Source: Chrysomallon squamiferum (lineage: Eukaryota > Animalia > Mollusca). From it: DNA of 64,000 nt. A program made the translations under genes and the position numbers. Shown in pieces: positions 14,542 to 26,149 of the stretch. Under the pieces are notes generated by a model. That model was not told the origin of the DNA. It was given only the letters and a program-made list of their open reading frames with translations, and made no database searches. The DNA is taken from the NCBI GenBank assembly GCA_012295275.1, contig CM022673.1, positions 11,594,001-11,658,000 on the forward strand. Direction: 5' to 3'. Every line of letters starts with the position of its first letter. The first letter of the stretch is position 1.

Positions 14542-16067
14542 TAGTAGTAATAGTAACTAAAATAAAACTTGTTTTCAATAATGGTTGTTTTTGTTTCTGA
14601 GTAGACAAAAAAGTGGTAATTTTTGTTATTTATATTCCTGTGTCCATAATGTATTGCATTGATGGATCTATACTGTAGTGTATAGCAGTATCAGTATTAT
14701 ATTGTGGTATCTATATGGTATTGTAGTATCTATTGTATTGCATTATCTCTGTTCTGTTGTATTTTAGTGTCTGTTTTGTTTTGCTCTATCTAGACTATAT
14801 TGTAATACCTGTATTCTATTATGATTAGTATCGGTTTTGACATGAAGTATCGGTATTGTTCCTGATTCATGGGGCATTTTAATTTTTATTTAAATGTCTT
14901 TTGCTCATTAATATATCTATGTTACATTCAGATTCAGAATGCCAAATAAAGTTCTTAAAAGAAAATTTGATTTCCTAGTAATCCACAAAACTGGATTTTG
15001 CTAAAAAAAACAAAGCAGTCACGTTGCATCTAAACCGTTTCCATGTGACTTAAAATTGTATCTCTAGTAATTACATTGTAACCTGTCTGAAAATGAAGTA
15101 CAAATTTTCTTCGTGCAACCAAATGAAAAAAATATAATTAAATGTGAAACCTAGGAGACAAATAACATCTAGAAGAAAAAAAAAAATTATCACTGTAACT
15201 ATAGCAAGCAGTAATGTAATAACAAAATGAGATAAACAATTCATACAGTCAGTGTGTTTAAAGGTAGCAGTTTGTAGATTTTGTGTTTCATTATTGAAGT
15301 TTCTAGAGTTGGATGACAGAGGATTTTGGGCAGATACTCAAAATAGACTTACCCCCACTAGAAACAGCACATGCTTTGAACAGATTCTCAAACTGAACTT
15401 GCCAAAAGAGGAATATTCTATTTTGAGTTAGTACTCAAATTCACTTTCTTACAGAGATGAGGACTCCTATTCAGTCTGTGTTTGGTCTTGAACCAAGCTA
15501 CTACCAGGTGTTCAGACAGTTTATAGGTATGTTTATTAAGCTCTCTGTTCTGTCCTATCAGTATGTATTGATTGTGTATATATTATATATTTCAGAACCA
15601 TGTGTATTTGTAGATAAATGCATCTGCCATCTAACAATAGTATACTCTGTACATCTCTCATTTAACAATGGTATACTCTGTACATCTTGAATTTAACAAT
15701 AGTATACTCTGTACATCTTGAATTTAATAATAGTATACTCTATATATCTCTCATTTAACAATAGTATAAATGTGTATTGGATGCAAAACATATATGCACT
15801 ATGAGGACCTGTACTTCATCTTCATGTCAGTGTGTTTGAGTGTGAGTCAATATTTAGGTACACTGGCAGTTAGGAAAAAGAAACATGTTGTGAGCAGTTT
15901 TCACAAACACCGATAAAAAATCTTATACTTTACTTCTCAGTCAAGCAGTCTGATGCTGAGCTAAAATTAATGTATTATTAAACAGACTCTGTTACCTCAG
16001 TGATTATACTTCTGACAGGATGTAAACGCCTTCATCTAGGTGCTGAGTATTATTCAGAAGCATAAAT

Positions 16068-16118
<51 letters not shown>

Positions 16119-18562
16119 GACACATACAAACACAAAGGTGAAGATTCCTAATGTTATAATTATTTTGTCTGTTCTTAACAGCAGTACTGAATATTTTTAT
16201 ATATGCCTCTTTTGACATAATACAAGTCGTATGGGGCTGTATGTGCTAGACTTTGAGAAAATCCTTACTTTTCTCAGTTTATCTTTATCATGGCCGTTCC
16301 TTTGGTAGTGTTTGTGATGAAGAATCAAATCTGTTTGTAACGAATCTGAGAGAGACGGCTTCTTGTAGGCATTTCTATTTTTGGTATATATATGTGTGTT
16401 TTATTGGATATGAATTTAGTAGGTAAATAAATTGAAATATTATGTATGTTTATACAGGGTTTGGACTTCAAACAAGAAATATAGTCAGAACTGTCAATGT
16501 AAAAAAAAAGTGACAGATACTTGTTTGTGATAATTTATTCACAAACAGACACACACACACATACATGCACGCATGCACATTCACACACTGAAGACATAAA
16601 GACACACACACATATACACATTTGTATCCTGATTTCTCCCAAAAAGGAGATAACCATTTTACTTGATTTCATTTTAAAAATTTGCATTACCATCCTTAAA
16701 GTATTTACTTCTTTTAATTACAAATGCCATTGCCATATACATTTATTTCTGTTCAGTTGCTATGAGTAATAAGGATTCTATGAGTTTGCTGTTACTTAGG
16801 AACAGTGAGAATTAATAAGGTGGCTATGTCTTCAGAACTAAAGAATATTTTATACGTATCAGACTGAATTTCATTTTAGAACTGTGATATACTGAACATA
16901 ATTTTGTGTGTTTTCTTTCTTCAGGCTTTATTATGTAGTAAGATAATTTCTTGTTAATTTTTATTGCATTTTATTATTATTGTATTTTTAATGCTGTAAG
17001 AATATTTTTGTTGTGTTTACACAAGATCTTCATGAAATGTGTTTTCTTTATTTTCAGATGATGATGACGATGATGATGACGTTGTGTTGGTTAAAGAGGA
17101 AAAAATAAATCCTCAAGATGATGATGATGTTGTTTTCATATCACGGACGCCAGCCACTCCTACAGCTACCACACAGTCGTTAAACTCTGACCAACCAACC
17201 ACAATGAAAGAACTTGCAGCCAAAACAACAAGTGCCGTTGTTTCGTCATCAGGTGACATCACCTTCAAATTCAGCACCTCAGAACAGCTGACCAGCATGG
17301 ACCCCTGTCCCCTGGATCTTTCCAACCATTATACCCAGAATGGAAGTTGCATATCATCCAATGACTCTTCTAGCATGAACCTCAAAGACCTGTCAGAAAC
17401 TGAAACCGGTGGAATATACTGCAAAGAATTCACTGGAGACACTGTTTCTGCTGATCTGTGCAAAGCCTATCTCAAAGACTCGTCTGATGCTTCTTCTGGC
17501 AGACTTGATGTGTCATCTTCAAATACCAATGACGATAAATCATCAAGACAGAGTTCCTCACCACAAGGATTGTCTGCAAAATCTTCTAGTTTCAAAAATC
17601 TGATGCAGTCTTCTAAGTCTGGTCTGTTAGGTGGGTCAATGAATGCATTATCCACTGTACCCACTTGTCTAAGCTGCCGAGATAACAAACCTGTGTACAG
17701 CAAGGTGGAGAATATGAGATCAACTTCACACTGTGAAATAACCTGCACTCGTACTCCAACTGCATCAGGAATCAAGAACACGAATAACTCAATGTTAAAT
17801 TTAGATGATATTTTGAATAACACTGTTAACAGTTCATCAGATTTACTCAAATCTTTGTCTAATGACGACAAGCAATCTGCAGCAACCCCTAGTTTGAACA
17901 TACCCCTACCCTCAGCTTCGTTTGTTCAGAAAAGTGCTAATCTTCCAAACAACAACTGTGATCAGACACAAAGCAATAACAGTGCCACAGTTCCACAGTC
18001 TCTCAGCAAACCAGTTAATCCTGCTTCTTTGGATATTTTGCAAAATCTTTATGATGCATCCCAGCAAGTTCCTTCCGTAAGCAGCAGTCAGTTTGATATG
18101 TCAGGCAACATGACCACGAAAAAATCTGATGCTTACTCTTCATTTCTGACTAATGCCTCAGCCTCTGTTGGATCTGCCTCAAGTGTCGCTGTGAATGGCA
18201 CTTCAATGAGAAAACGATGCAGCGTCGCATCGGACAATGACGATTTTCTGTGTGTTAAGGTAGCGAGGTCTGCCGAGGTGTGTGTTTTATGTAAAATGAG
18301 TCTGGTGGACTTGAAAGTTTCGCGATGCACACAGGGACATCCAGTTTGTGGAAGTTGTCTGGAAGGACAAGTCAAACTGATTCTCACAGATAAACAGGTA
18401 TAGATTTCACTTTCAACATTTTATTTCAGCACAACAGCAAAGTGTATAATTAAAAATGAAAATGTTATTTAATATTCATTTTGTGTTTTTTTTTTTCTTC
18501 CTCGAAATTGTTTTCTTACATAATGTAAACTGTGGTAAAATAAGCTTTAAATAAATCCATCA

Positions 18563-18597
<35 letters not shown>

Positions 18598-21500
18598 TTT
18601 ATTATTACTGTTTTTGTTTTTCTTTCATTCTGTATTTACATATAGTTTTATTTAAATTTTCTATGTTTACAGGGATCACTTGAATGTATAAAAGACATGT
18701 GTAACAGCTATTATCCAATGAGTAAGTATTATCATATTTAGTAAATTTACATCAGTGTTGTGTTTGATTTAACAGTGAAAAACTTTATGGCTATGTATCT
18801 AACAAACACCATAAATTGATCCATTTATTTAAAGCCAATTTAGGGTCATACATCCCAAATTACTATTATTATTTCTTTCTTAACCCATGTTTTTAGTAAG
18901 GAAATTGACTTTACCTTGTTCATTTTATTATGACCTAGTAATGTATAAATACATTTTAAAAATACTTCTGCCAGCATAAATACTCAGCCTTTAGAATACT
19001 TGCCAATATGTTTTAATAATATTTTGATTTTCTTTCAGGTGAACTAAAAAATGCTCTGCCATCATTGGTGGTGGACATCTTGGAGGACAAACTTCACAAG
19101 GACTACATCAACTTCATCTCCGATATGATGATGACCAACGATGCCTCTTCGGGCAGGACGAAACATCCAGATGCTCCCATTGACCATTCTGGCTTGAACT
19201 TTCTGTCATCCAGTGGATCTAGTGTGGAACCTAGCATAAGTAAAGGTGTATCAGTCAATTCCATGAGTGATCCCGGCAGTGAGTACATTCCCACAGCAGA
19301 GTCAGTCCCAGATAAAAACAATGATCTGCCCTCTCACTGGTATCCCATGGATAAGAACACGGTAAATAAAATATATATATATGTACATTAGATTTATGTG
19401 TGTACATGTTGTCAAAGATGCATAACATCCAGATATTTAATAAGAAAATGTGGATTGTGTGTGTTTGTTTATACTATTATTTGTAGGTATGTGTGTGTGG
19501 GTGTACATATTTATCTGTGTGTGTATGTACATACTTATGTGTGTGGTTGTATGTGAGTATGAATGTATGTGTATTTGTATATGAATATGTACATGTGTAT
19601 TTGTGTTTGACTATTTGATATATTTCTGTATACACATACATATACACACAATTATACACATGCACACAATACAGATCACTGCATACAGTACGCACAAATG
19701 CAGATACAAATATACACACTTACAATATTCTGAATTGATTTTCTCAGTCCATTCTGTTAGGTTTATATCACTCCATTTCATGTGGGGAAATGGCATATTT
19801 TGTACTAATTCTAAACTAGCAAAATAATTATGTGTATCTTTTATTTCAAAGTATTTTCTTCAGATTGCTTTTCTCCTAATTTTGAACATAACACTTTTTC
19901 ACAGATGTGTTGATCTGTGTTTATACAACTTTATCATGATTTAAATATATTTTTCAGAATTTGCTCATTGTTGAGTTACAACCAGAATCAGAAGAATACG
20001 TTGACATTGCCATCAAATTCCATCAGACTATGATGTTTCCAACCGTCGCTGATATAGCCAAGATATACCGTGTTCAGAATCCTATACTGTGGAAATATTA
20101 CAGCCTGTAAGTGTCAAATCAATACAAATATTGTATTCTGTTCTAGAAGTTTAATAATTGCCTCCAACTGAATACCACAAATTCATTTTAATGTGATAGA
20201 ATTTTCTGCATTTATTTATTTTAATGAGTTCTTTTTACAGTTTAGTACAGCAACTGTATTTTGGAAAAAAATAAAAATAAAAATAAAAATATTAAAATTG
20301 ATCATTTGTTTTCGTTTAATGGTCACATTTTCTCCTTTTATTTAAAAAATTTTTATTATTGTTTTAATATTTATTTTCTATAGTTGAATATTTATATTTT
20401 TTACATTGAGGATATTTTTACATTTATCTCTGTGATTCAGAGGTACTAAGATATTTTTTATGTTCACGAAAAAAGTGCAAAATATTTATTAAATAATTTG
20501 TTTGCAGAAAAAAGATGGAGATGGTACACGAAAATGACTGCCACGAGATTGACGTACGTTCTCTGTTTCATGGCACCACTAATTCCGTCGTCGAGGCTAT
20601 TTGTCGAAAAGGATTTGATTGGCGAGTGTGCGGAAAACATGGTTGTGTTTATGGTCAAGGTATGTGTCTAACTTTTAACAGATTCACTTGCTAGGTTCTG
20701 TGTAGCTGCAATGCATTCATTCACCCAAGTTTTTCTTTTAATTATTATATTTCCATCATAATCTTTACATCCACAGTCAGAAATTTAAAAAAAAAAAAAA
20801 ATTGGAAAACATTAGTTCATTATAAAGATAATAAATTTTAAAATGTTTTTATTAAACATTTTCAGGCCTAACCAGTGCATAAAAGATATAAGTGTGTATG
20901 TTAGATTTAAGGCTGTTGATAGCAAATGATCAATGTTTTTTTTTGTTTTTTTTTTCCAGGTTGTTACTTTGCACGTGCTGCCTCCTATTCACATCAGTAC
21001 ACAGATCAGATTAAAGGTTATGCTCGACAGCACATGACAAATTCTCTTCATCACCTCCAGTCACTGTTTGCAGCAGCAGCAGCAGCATCCAGTCAGTCTC
21101 TGGTTCCTAAGCAGTGTTCTCCAGTCTCTGCACCGTTTCTTTCATCAGTCCCTCCTCCAGCTCACATGAAATTTGCTTCCCAGAAAGGACCACTTGTGCA
21201 AACCCAGAACACTAACATCGGAAGACAGATATATCGAATTTATGGTCCAGTGAACATTAACAACAGCCAGCCTCCAGTTTCAGTCCCAGTGAAAATGCCT
21301 AGCCGATGTATTTCGGCGTCTGCAGATTTGAATTCGAGTCATGGTTCGCTGAATCAGACGACTAACATGTCGTATTCAGTCGGCTCTTTCTTCCTAAACT
21401 GTGCGTTGATGCTAGACAGCAGAAAGATGCAGAATTCCATTTCGCAGAGTAACTCAACTAGTACTACAATGACTACTTCTACCACACCAACTGTGCCGTC

Positions 21501-21816
21501 CTCCAACACTCCTTATGTCAGGCAACACAGTGATAACACACCCAAAAAGGACACGAAGGAACAGGTTGTCTCATTATCCGACATCGTCAATGCCCCAACA
21601 AGAAAAATGTTTCTTGCCAATGTTCTCGTGGGCAAGTACACTGGAGGAAAAAGCTGTCTACGCAAGCCTCCACCCCTGTACCCAGCCAATCCTTATGGAA
21701 AATCTTACGATTCATGTGTGGATGACATCTTTGACCCGAAAATTGTCGTTATCTTTGACAGTAATCAGGCCTACCCTGAATACATTATTGAGTACAATTA
21801 CTCGGGTGACTGTTGA
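3002..21816 (+). CDS. SIM/RING-containing PARP-family mono-ADP-ribosyltransferase (PARP7/PARP11/PARP12-like catalytic domain), 7 coding exons, ~970 aa
   Basis: join(3002..3044,17058..18397,18673..18721,19039..19361,19958..20106,20508..20659,20960..21816). All introns are GT-AG with matching phases (1,0,1,0,2,1); total 2913 nt. Catalytic motifs: LPSHWYPM, IYRVQNPILWKYY, LFHGT, GFDWRVCGKHGCVYGQGCYFARAASYS, MFLANVLVGKY, YDSCVDDIFDPKIVVIFDSNQAYPEYIIEY. RING pattern C-x2-C-x11-C-x3-H-x2-C-x2-C-x17-C-x4-C at 18281..18702. Exon 1 (MAEPSGSPIIILSE) is less certain than exons 2-7. Confidence 0.88.
5391..5610 (+). mobile_element. Decayed tRNA-derived SINE
   Basis: A-box-like GGGCTGTAGCTCAGTTG and B-box-like AGGATCCATTC, followed by the core ...TATCCCTTGCTGTTATTC...GGGTTTC shared with other copies in the window. 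Confidence 0.55.
9702..9714 (+). CDS. Candidate alternative first coding micro-exon of the PARP gene (MRNS)
   Basis: accATG AGA AAC AGC A|GTAAGT: good start context, consensus donor, phase 1. It is very short, so it could be chance. Confidence 0.22.
11584..11639. repeat. (TG)n microsatellite
   Basis: Perfect dinucleotide run; one of many (CA)/(TG) runs in the window. Confidence 0.95.
13028..13103. repeat. 39-bp direct tandem duplication
   Basis: gaggcatatagtataccttattagttta(g/a)aattt at 13032 and 13071. Confidence 0.85.
15455..15526 (+). CDS. Candidate symmetric (phase 1-1) 72-nt cassette or alternative start exon of the PARP gene (MRTPIQSVFGLEPSYYQVFRQFI)
   Basis: Acceptor tcactttcttacag ends at 15454 and donor G|GTATGT starts at 15527. 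The exon is stop-free, a multiple of 3, and phase-compatible with both 3044 and 17058. Confidence 0.38.
15631..15768. repeat. 31-bp minisatellite, ~4.5 copies
   Basis: tttaacaatagtatactctgtacatct(ctca/tgaa) units at ~15631, 15661, 15692, 15723 and 15754. Confidence 0.85.
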
Positions 21817-23762
21817 GTCTGTCTCTGCTAGAAAGAATTACTACAAAAAACAATAAAAAAAATATAAAAAAAATAATAATAATAACGTACTACTATTCTC
21901 AGGTGATTAGTAAAAACAAAACTTTCTGAAACTTGTAGAATATAACTACTCAGGTGATCCTTATTTTTATTTCATTTGTTATATATACATAAATACATAA
22001 AACTATGTATTTTGGATTTTTTAAAATTCTTTTGTTGTTGTTGTTGTTAATCTTTCTTTCATGTCCGTTTATTATTTGTGTTTATTTTTTATTTTTTGCA
22101 GTTTTTTCTCCTTTTTTTAATTTTTTAATTTTGTTTAAAAGTATTTTCAAATTAAACGTCTTGAAAAATAATCTTTGTGTACAATACTGGGATGTAAATT
22201 TGTTTATAAAGTCACTGCTATTCTTTTTGGGGTATAAGGGTGTTGAGTCTTTTGGTTATTTTCAGTGACCACTAACTGACCAAAAGAGTGGTCACTAAAT
22301 ACTGTATTTGTATTGATCTTTGTTTTATCAAGTCTTACTTTTCTGTTTTTAAAAATCTCGTTATAGAGGTCCTGATCATGTTTTAAACGTGACATGCCAA
22401 AATTTTGGTAGCTGAAGATTTAAATCTGTGGTTTTTTTGAAATTCTCAAGTTTATTGATTTTTATTTTAGTGTTTATGATTTTTTTTTTTTCAAAATGCT
22501 TTGACAGATGTGTCTAATAATGGTTTGGAAATTTTATGTTTTTAAAAAGATTTGTTCATGATTTAGGATTTTTTTTTTTTTTTTTTTTTCCTGAACTGTT
22601 TTTACTTAAAATTTTGTATCAAGAAGCAAATCAATATTATATTATTTATGTGTAGGTTTTTCCTGAAAATTTAAAAACATTTTATCACAAATATAACAGA
22701 TTTTTGTGTGGTTCTTTTTTTTGGTTTTCTTTTTTCCATTTTAAAATCAACTTAACACCACTATAATTTCACATATATTTAGTTTAACATTTGTTTATGC
22801 CAGGTTAAAAGTAGACATCTCATTATTAAGATTTCTTCATCTGCCAATTTAATCCATTTAAAAGATAGTTACATTTAGTTCTCTTATTTCTTCAAAATAA
22901 TCTTTAAAAATGTTTTCAAATTTGGTCCCATTTTAGAAACAGTAATTTACCAATGTGTTATGCTTCAGCTGTACCTTTAACTTTGAAATACTGAAAAACA
23001 CACACAAAAAAAAAAAAAAATATATATATGCAGTAATAAACAAAAATAAAACATACACCCTAATTACATTATAGTCAGCATTCTTCATTATAATTTGTTG
23101 GTAAAAAATTAAAAATTGTCTCACGTTTTGAATCATTTAGGTCCTTTATGACCAAAAAATCTCATTTCTCACTAGTTAACTAGTAGGTAAAACATATATG
23201 ACTAGTTACAATAAAAGTACTCTACTAATTGCCAGTTACAGTATGATCAGGTGCCATTTTATCATAGGCTGTTTTTTATAATTTCCATTACATTTAACAT
23301 ATAAAGTGATTAAATGCAAAACTTTAGGACTAAATATGTCAAAATAACTGGATTCATATTTAAATTTTGCAGTTCTTTCTGATGACTGAAATATATTCAT
23401 AATATAATTATATATTTTCTAATCTTATATACACATATAATATTATTATATAAATATATTGAATATATAGAGGTCTAGAAATCTAGAAAGGTACAAAATA
23501 AAACTACATATTTTTATGTACATTTCATTTAAGTGGGTTGCACATAACAGATAACAGTGATGGTTAATATAATAATAATACCATTTACATAAATAAAAAT
23601 GAAGCATATAGAAGTCATTTCTTAAAAATTATAATAAATTCATATCAATATCAGACATTTTTAATAACATGAAATTTAAGATACATTTAAGATACTTAAA
23701 TATTCAGGATGTATATTTGCTTCTTCTATTAGTATACTTCAACAGTCATTTTGTTACATGAG

Positions 23763-23990
23763 TACTTCATTTAGTCATTTTAGTAAAACTATACTATACT
23801 TCATTTAGACATTTTCATAACACTATACTGAACTTCATTTAGTCATTTTAGTAACAACATACTGTATTTCATTTAGACATTTTACTAAAACTATACTGTA
23901 CTTCATTTAGTCATTTTAATAACATTGTACTGCATTTCATTTAGTCATTTTAATAACATTGTACTGTACTTCATTTAGTCATTTTAATAC
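23763..23990. repeat. 34-bp minisatellite, ~7 copies
   Basis: tacttcatttagtcattttagtaaaactatactg-like units start at 23763, 23797, 23831, 23865, 23899, 23933 and 23967. Confidence 0.9.
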
Positions 23991-26113
23991 TTAATAATGC
24001 ATTTCATTTCTCATCCACAAAACTTCATTAACTAATCTATGCATGCACATGCATATATTCACACATACAAGTCACAAAAAACCTCATTTAAAAATTTAGA
24101 AATACTGCTCATAAACTACTAATATGAACACTGAAGACTCTGTATAAGGAAAGTAATATTAAGTCATTTCTTAGTCACAAATTCTTATCATTATTTTATT
24201 TTATTATATTTATTTATTATATTTATTTATATTTATTTATTTATTTATTATTTATTATTTTTGTTGTTTACTTTTCCCCATTATTTTTTAACATATTTGT
24301 TTTGACAAGCTATAGTGTATTAATAAGCAGATGCATTTTTTTTTTAAACTAAAATATTGCTTTTCTTCCATCTAGATCACATTATCAGAAACAGTTGTAA
24401 TTTTCTTCCTTCGTGTCTGTTTTTTTTATATAAAATTTTATTTATAAATTCTTGTAGAATCAATATGTATAATCAATACTTATAAAAATATATAAAACAT
24501 ATAAATTATGCATTTTGTTGTTTAAAATAAAACTTTAACCCTTGCTTTTTCTGAATCATTATAGACTAATTGTGCATGTGGTAAAAAAATTAAAAAAAGA
24601 AAAACAAAAGAAGAGAAAATTAGTTTTCAAATTTCAAGTAATTTTTAGACGTGTCCAGGTTAGATAACTGTAATTTTAAAATGTTTTCTTTTGTTTTTGA
24701 ATAGCAGATCTTTCTGTTTTTACTAATGTATTCTGTAATAATTTCTGTTTGTTTGTTTTACATGTGATGCTGTTTGTACTTGAAATCAGTGTATGCTAGT
24801 TAAGTATACAAGCATTCAAGAATTAAACATTTTTGATAAATTGATTTAGTTGTGTTACTTATTTACCGATTTGAAGATTCATGCTGACTGGATAACAGTA
24901 TGAGAAATTTCAGTTTTATATGCCAGTCATAAATGCAAGGGAGAGTACGGTACACATCTTATCTTTGTTACTACTGCAGCTAGTCATTTCATTTCTCTGT
25001 TCAATGAGAACAAAGATAAATATTTTGTGATAAGTTTTGTGATTTTAAGGGCCTAAAATGAATTCTTATAATTTTCACTTATAACGTCACTACTACTTAT
25101 GTAACACAGATCCAATAAATATAATTATTTCATCATAATCAACTATGAGTCTTGTATAAATGCCAATACATTTGGGTTGGCTCTCTTCTGTTGGTCTATG
25201 TTATGCATGTTATGGACCAGCATCCAGTAAAGTTCTTCATGCAGTTTGTTGAAAGACTGTCTACACAGAGCACTTAGCAAATGTTAATTCACACTAAAAC
25301 CTGTTGGTAGAATGTGTCTTTGGTGTTTGAATTTTGTATATTTTCACATTTAATGCAGAACTGCTAGAATTCATTTTTGAACTTGAATAAATATCTGACT
25401 GACGTAGATATGTTTTTATTAATTTTACAACTAGAAATAAATGTAACACTTCACATCATCTGGGTGTTTTTCACTTTTTTAATGCCTGGTGCATTTGACA
25501 ACTTTTGTTCAATGAAAATTTTCACCATATATATATATTTTGTCTGACCATAATTACATTTGGGCAAAAACAAAAACAATTTTACACTTTCATCCTAATC
25601 AAAAACCTTGAACATTTTGACAACAATGGCCACCTGTGGGGTCAGAAGTTCAAGAAGTGGTCCAGTGTGCCCTATTGTCTCCTGTTTGACTTTGTCACAG
25701 GTCTGTCCCAGGTGAATTTGCATGTGTGTGTGTGTGTGTGTGTTAAAACGATCTATTCAAGATAACAATTGTATCTTGAACAATGAAAACAAAATTAATT
25801 ATTTAAAAAATTAACAACAAGCAGAAAATTGTATTAAAATGAATCCGTCCAGATTTTAATTTTATTTTGAATAATAAAACATTTTTTTTTTTCTCAGGTA
25901 CAATTGCACTTATATAATATGAAAGTGATTGCATATGATTGGAAAGAAATTAAATCACGAGCACTAATTTTAAAGTGTTTAATATTATTTTTTATTTTTG
26001 GATTTTTGGATTTTTTTCTTACTTTTTAAAATTTTTATCTTTAATTAAATTTTTCATTAAATTTTTCTTTCCTTTTTATTTTTTTAATTTTTTTATATGT
26101 GCATCAATTGTTT

Positions 26114-26149
26114 CTATAATTTGCTGCTGGCTAAAGACTGGTCAAGTCA
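26114..26149 (-). other. IDH1: Putative stop-codon readthrough extension of IDH1 encoding a C-terminal PTS1 (X-LDQSLASSKL*)
   Basis: Minus strand reads AGC TGA CTT GAC CAG TCT TTA GCC AGC AGC AAA TTA TAG. The first stop is TGA followed by C, and the in-frame SKL lies immediately before the second stop. Confidence 0.75.

Noticed and set aside
17113-18387. Minus-strand ORFs 17113..17325, 17467..17901 and 18133..18387 (also 19103..19321 and 20464..20658)
   Set aside because: Antisense shadows of the PARP coding exons, with no independent splice or domain evidence.
23763-23990. 34-bp periodic array as CRISPR
   Set aside because: The units are head-to-tail near-identical with no unique spacers; this is an ordinary minisatellite.
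26147-26149. IDH1 TGA as a selenocysteine codon
   Set aside because: Not a catalytic or Cys-aligned position and no SECIS was recognised. Readthrough to a PTS1 explains the downstream frame better.
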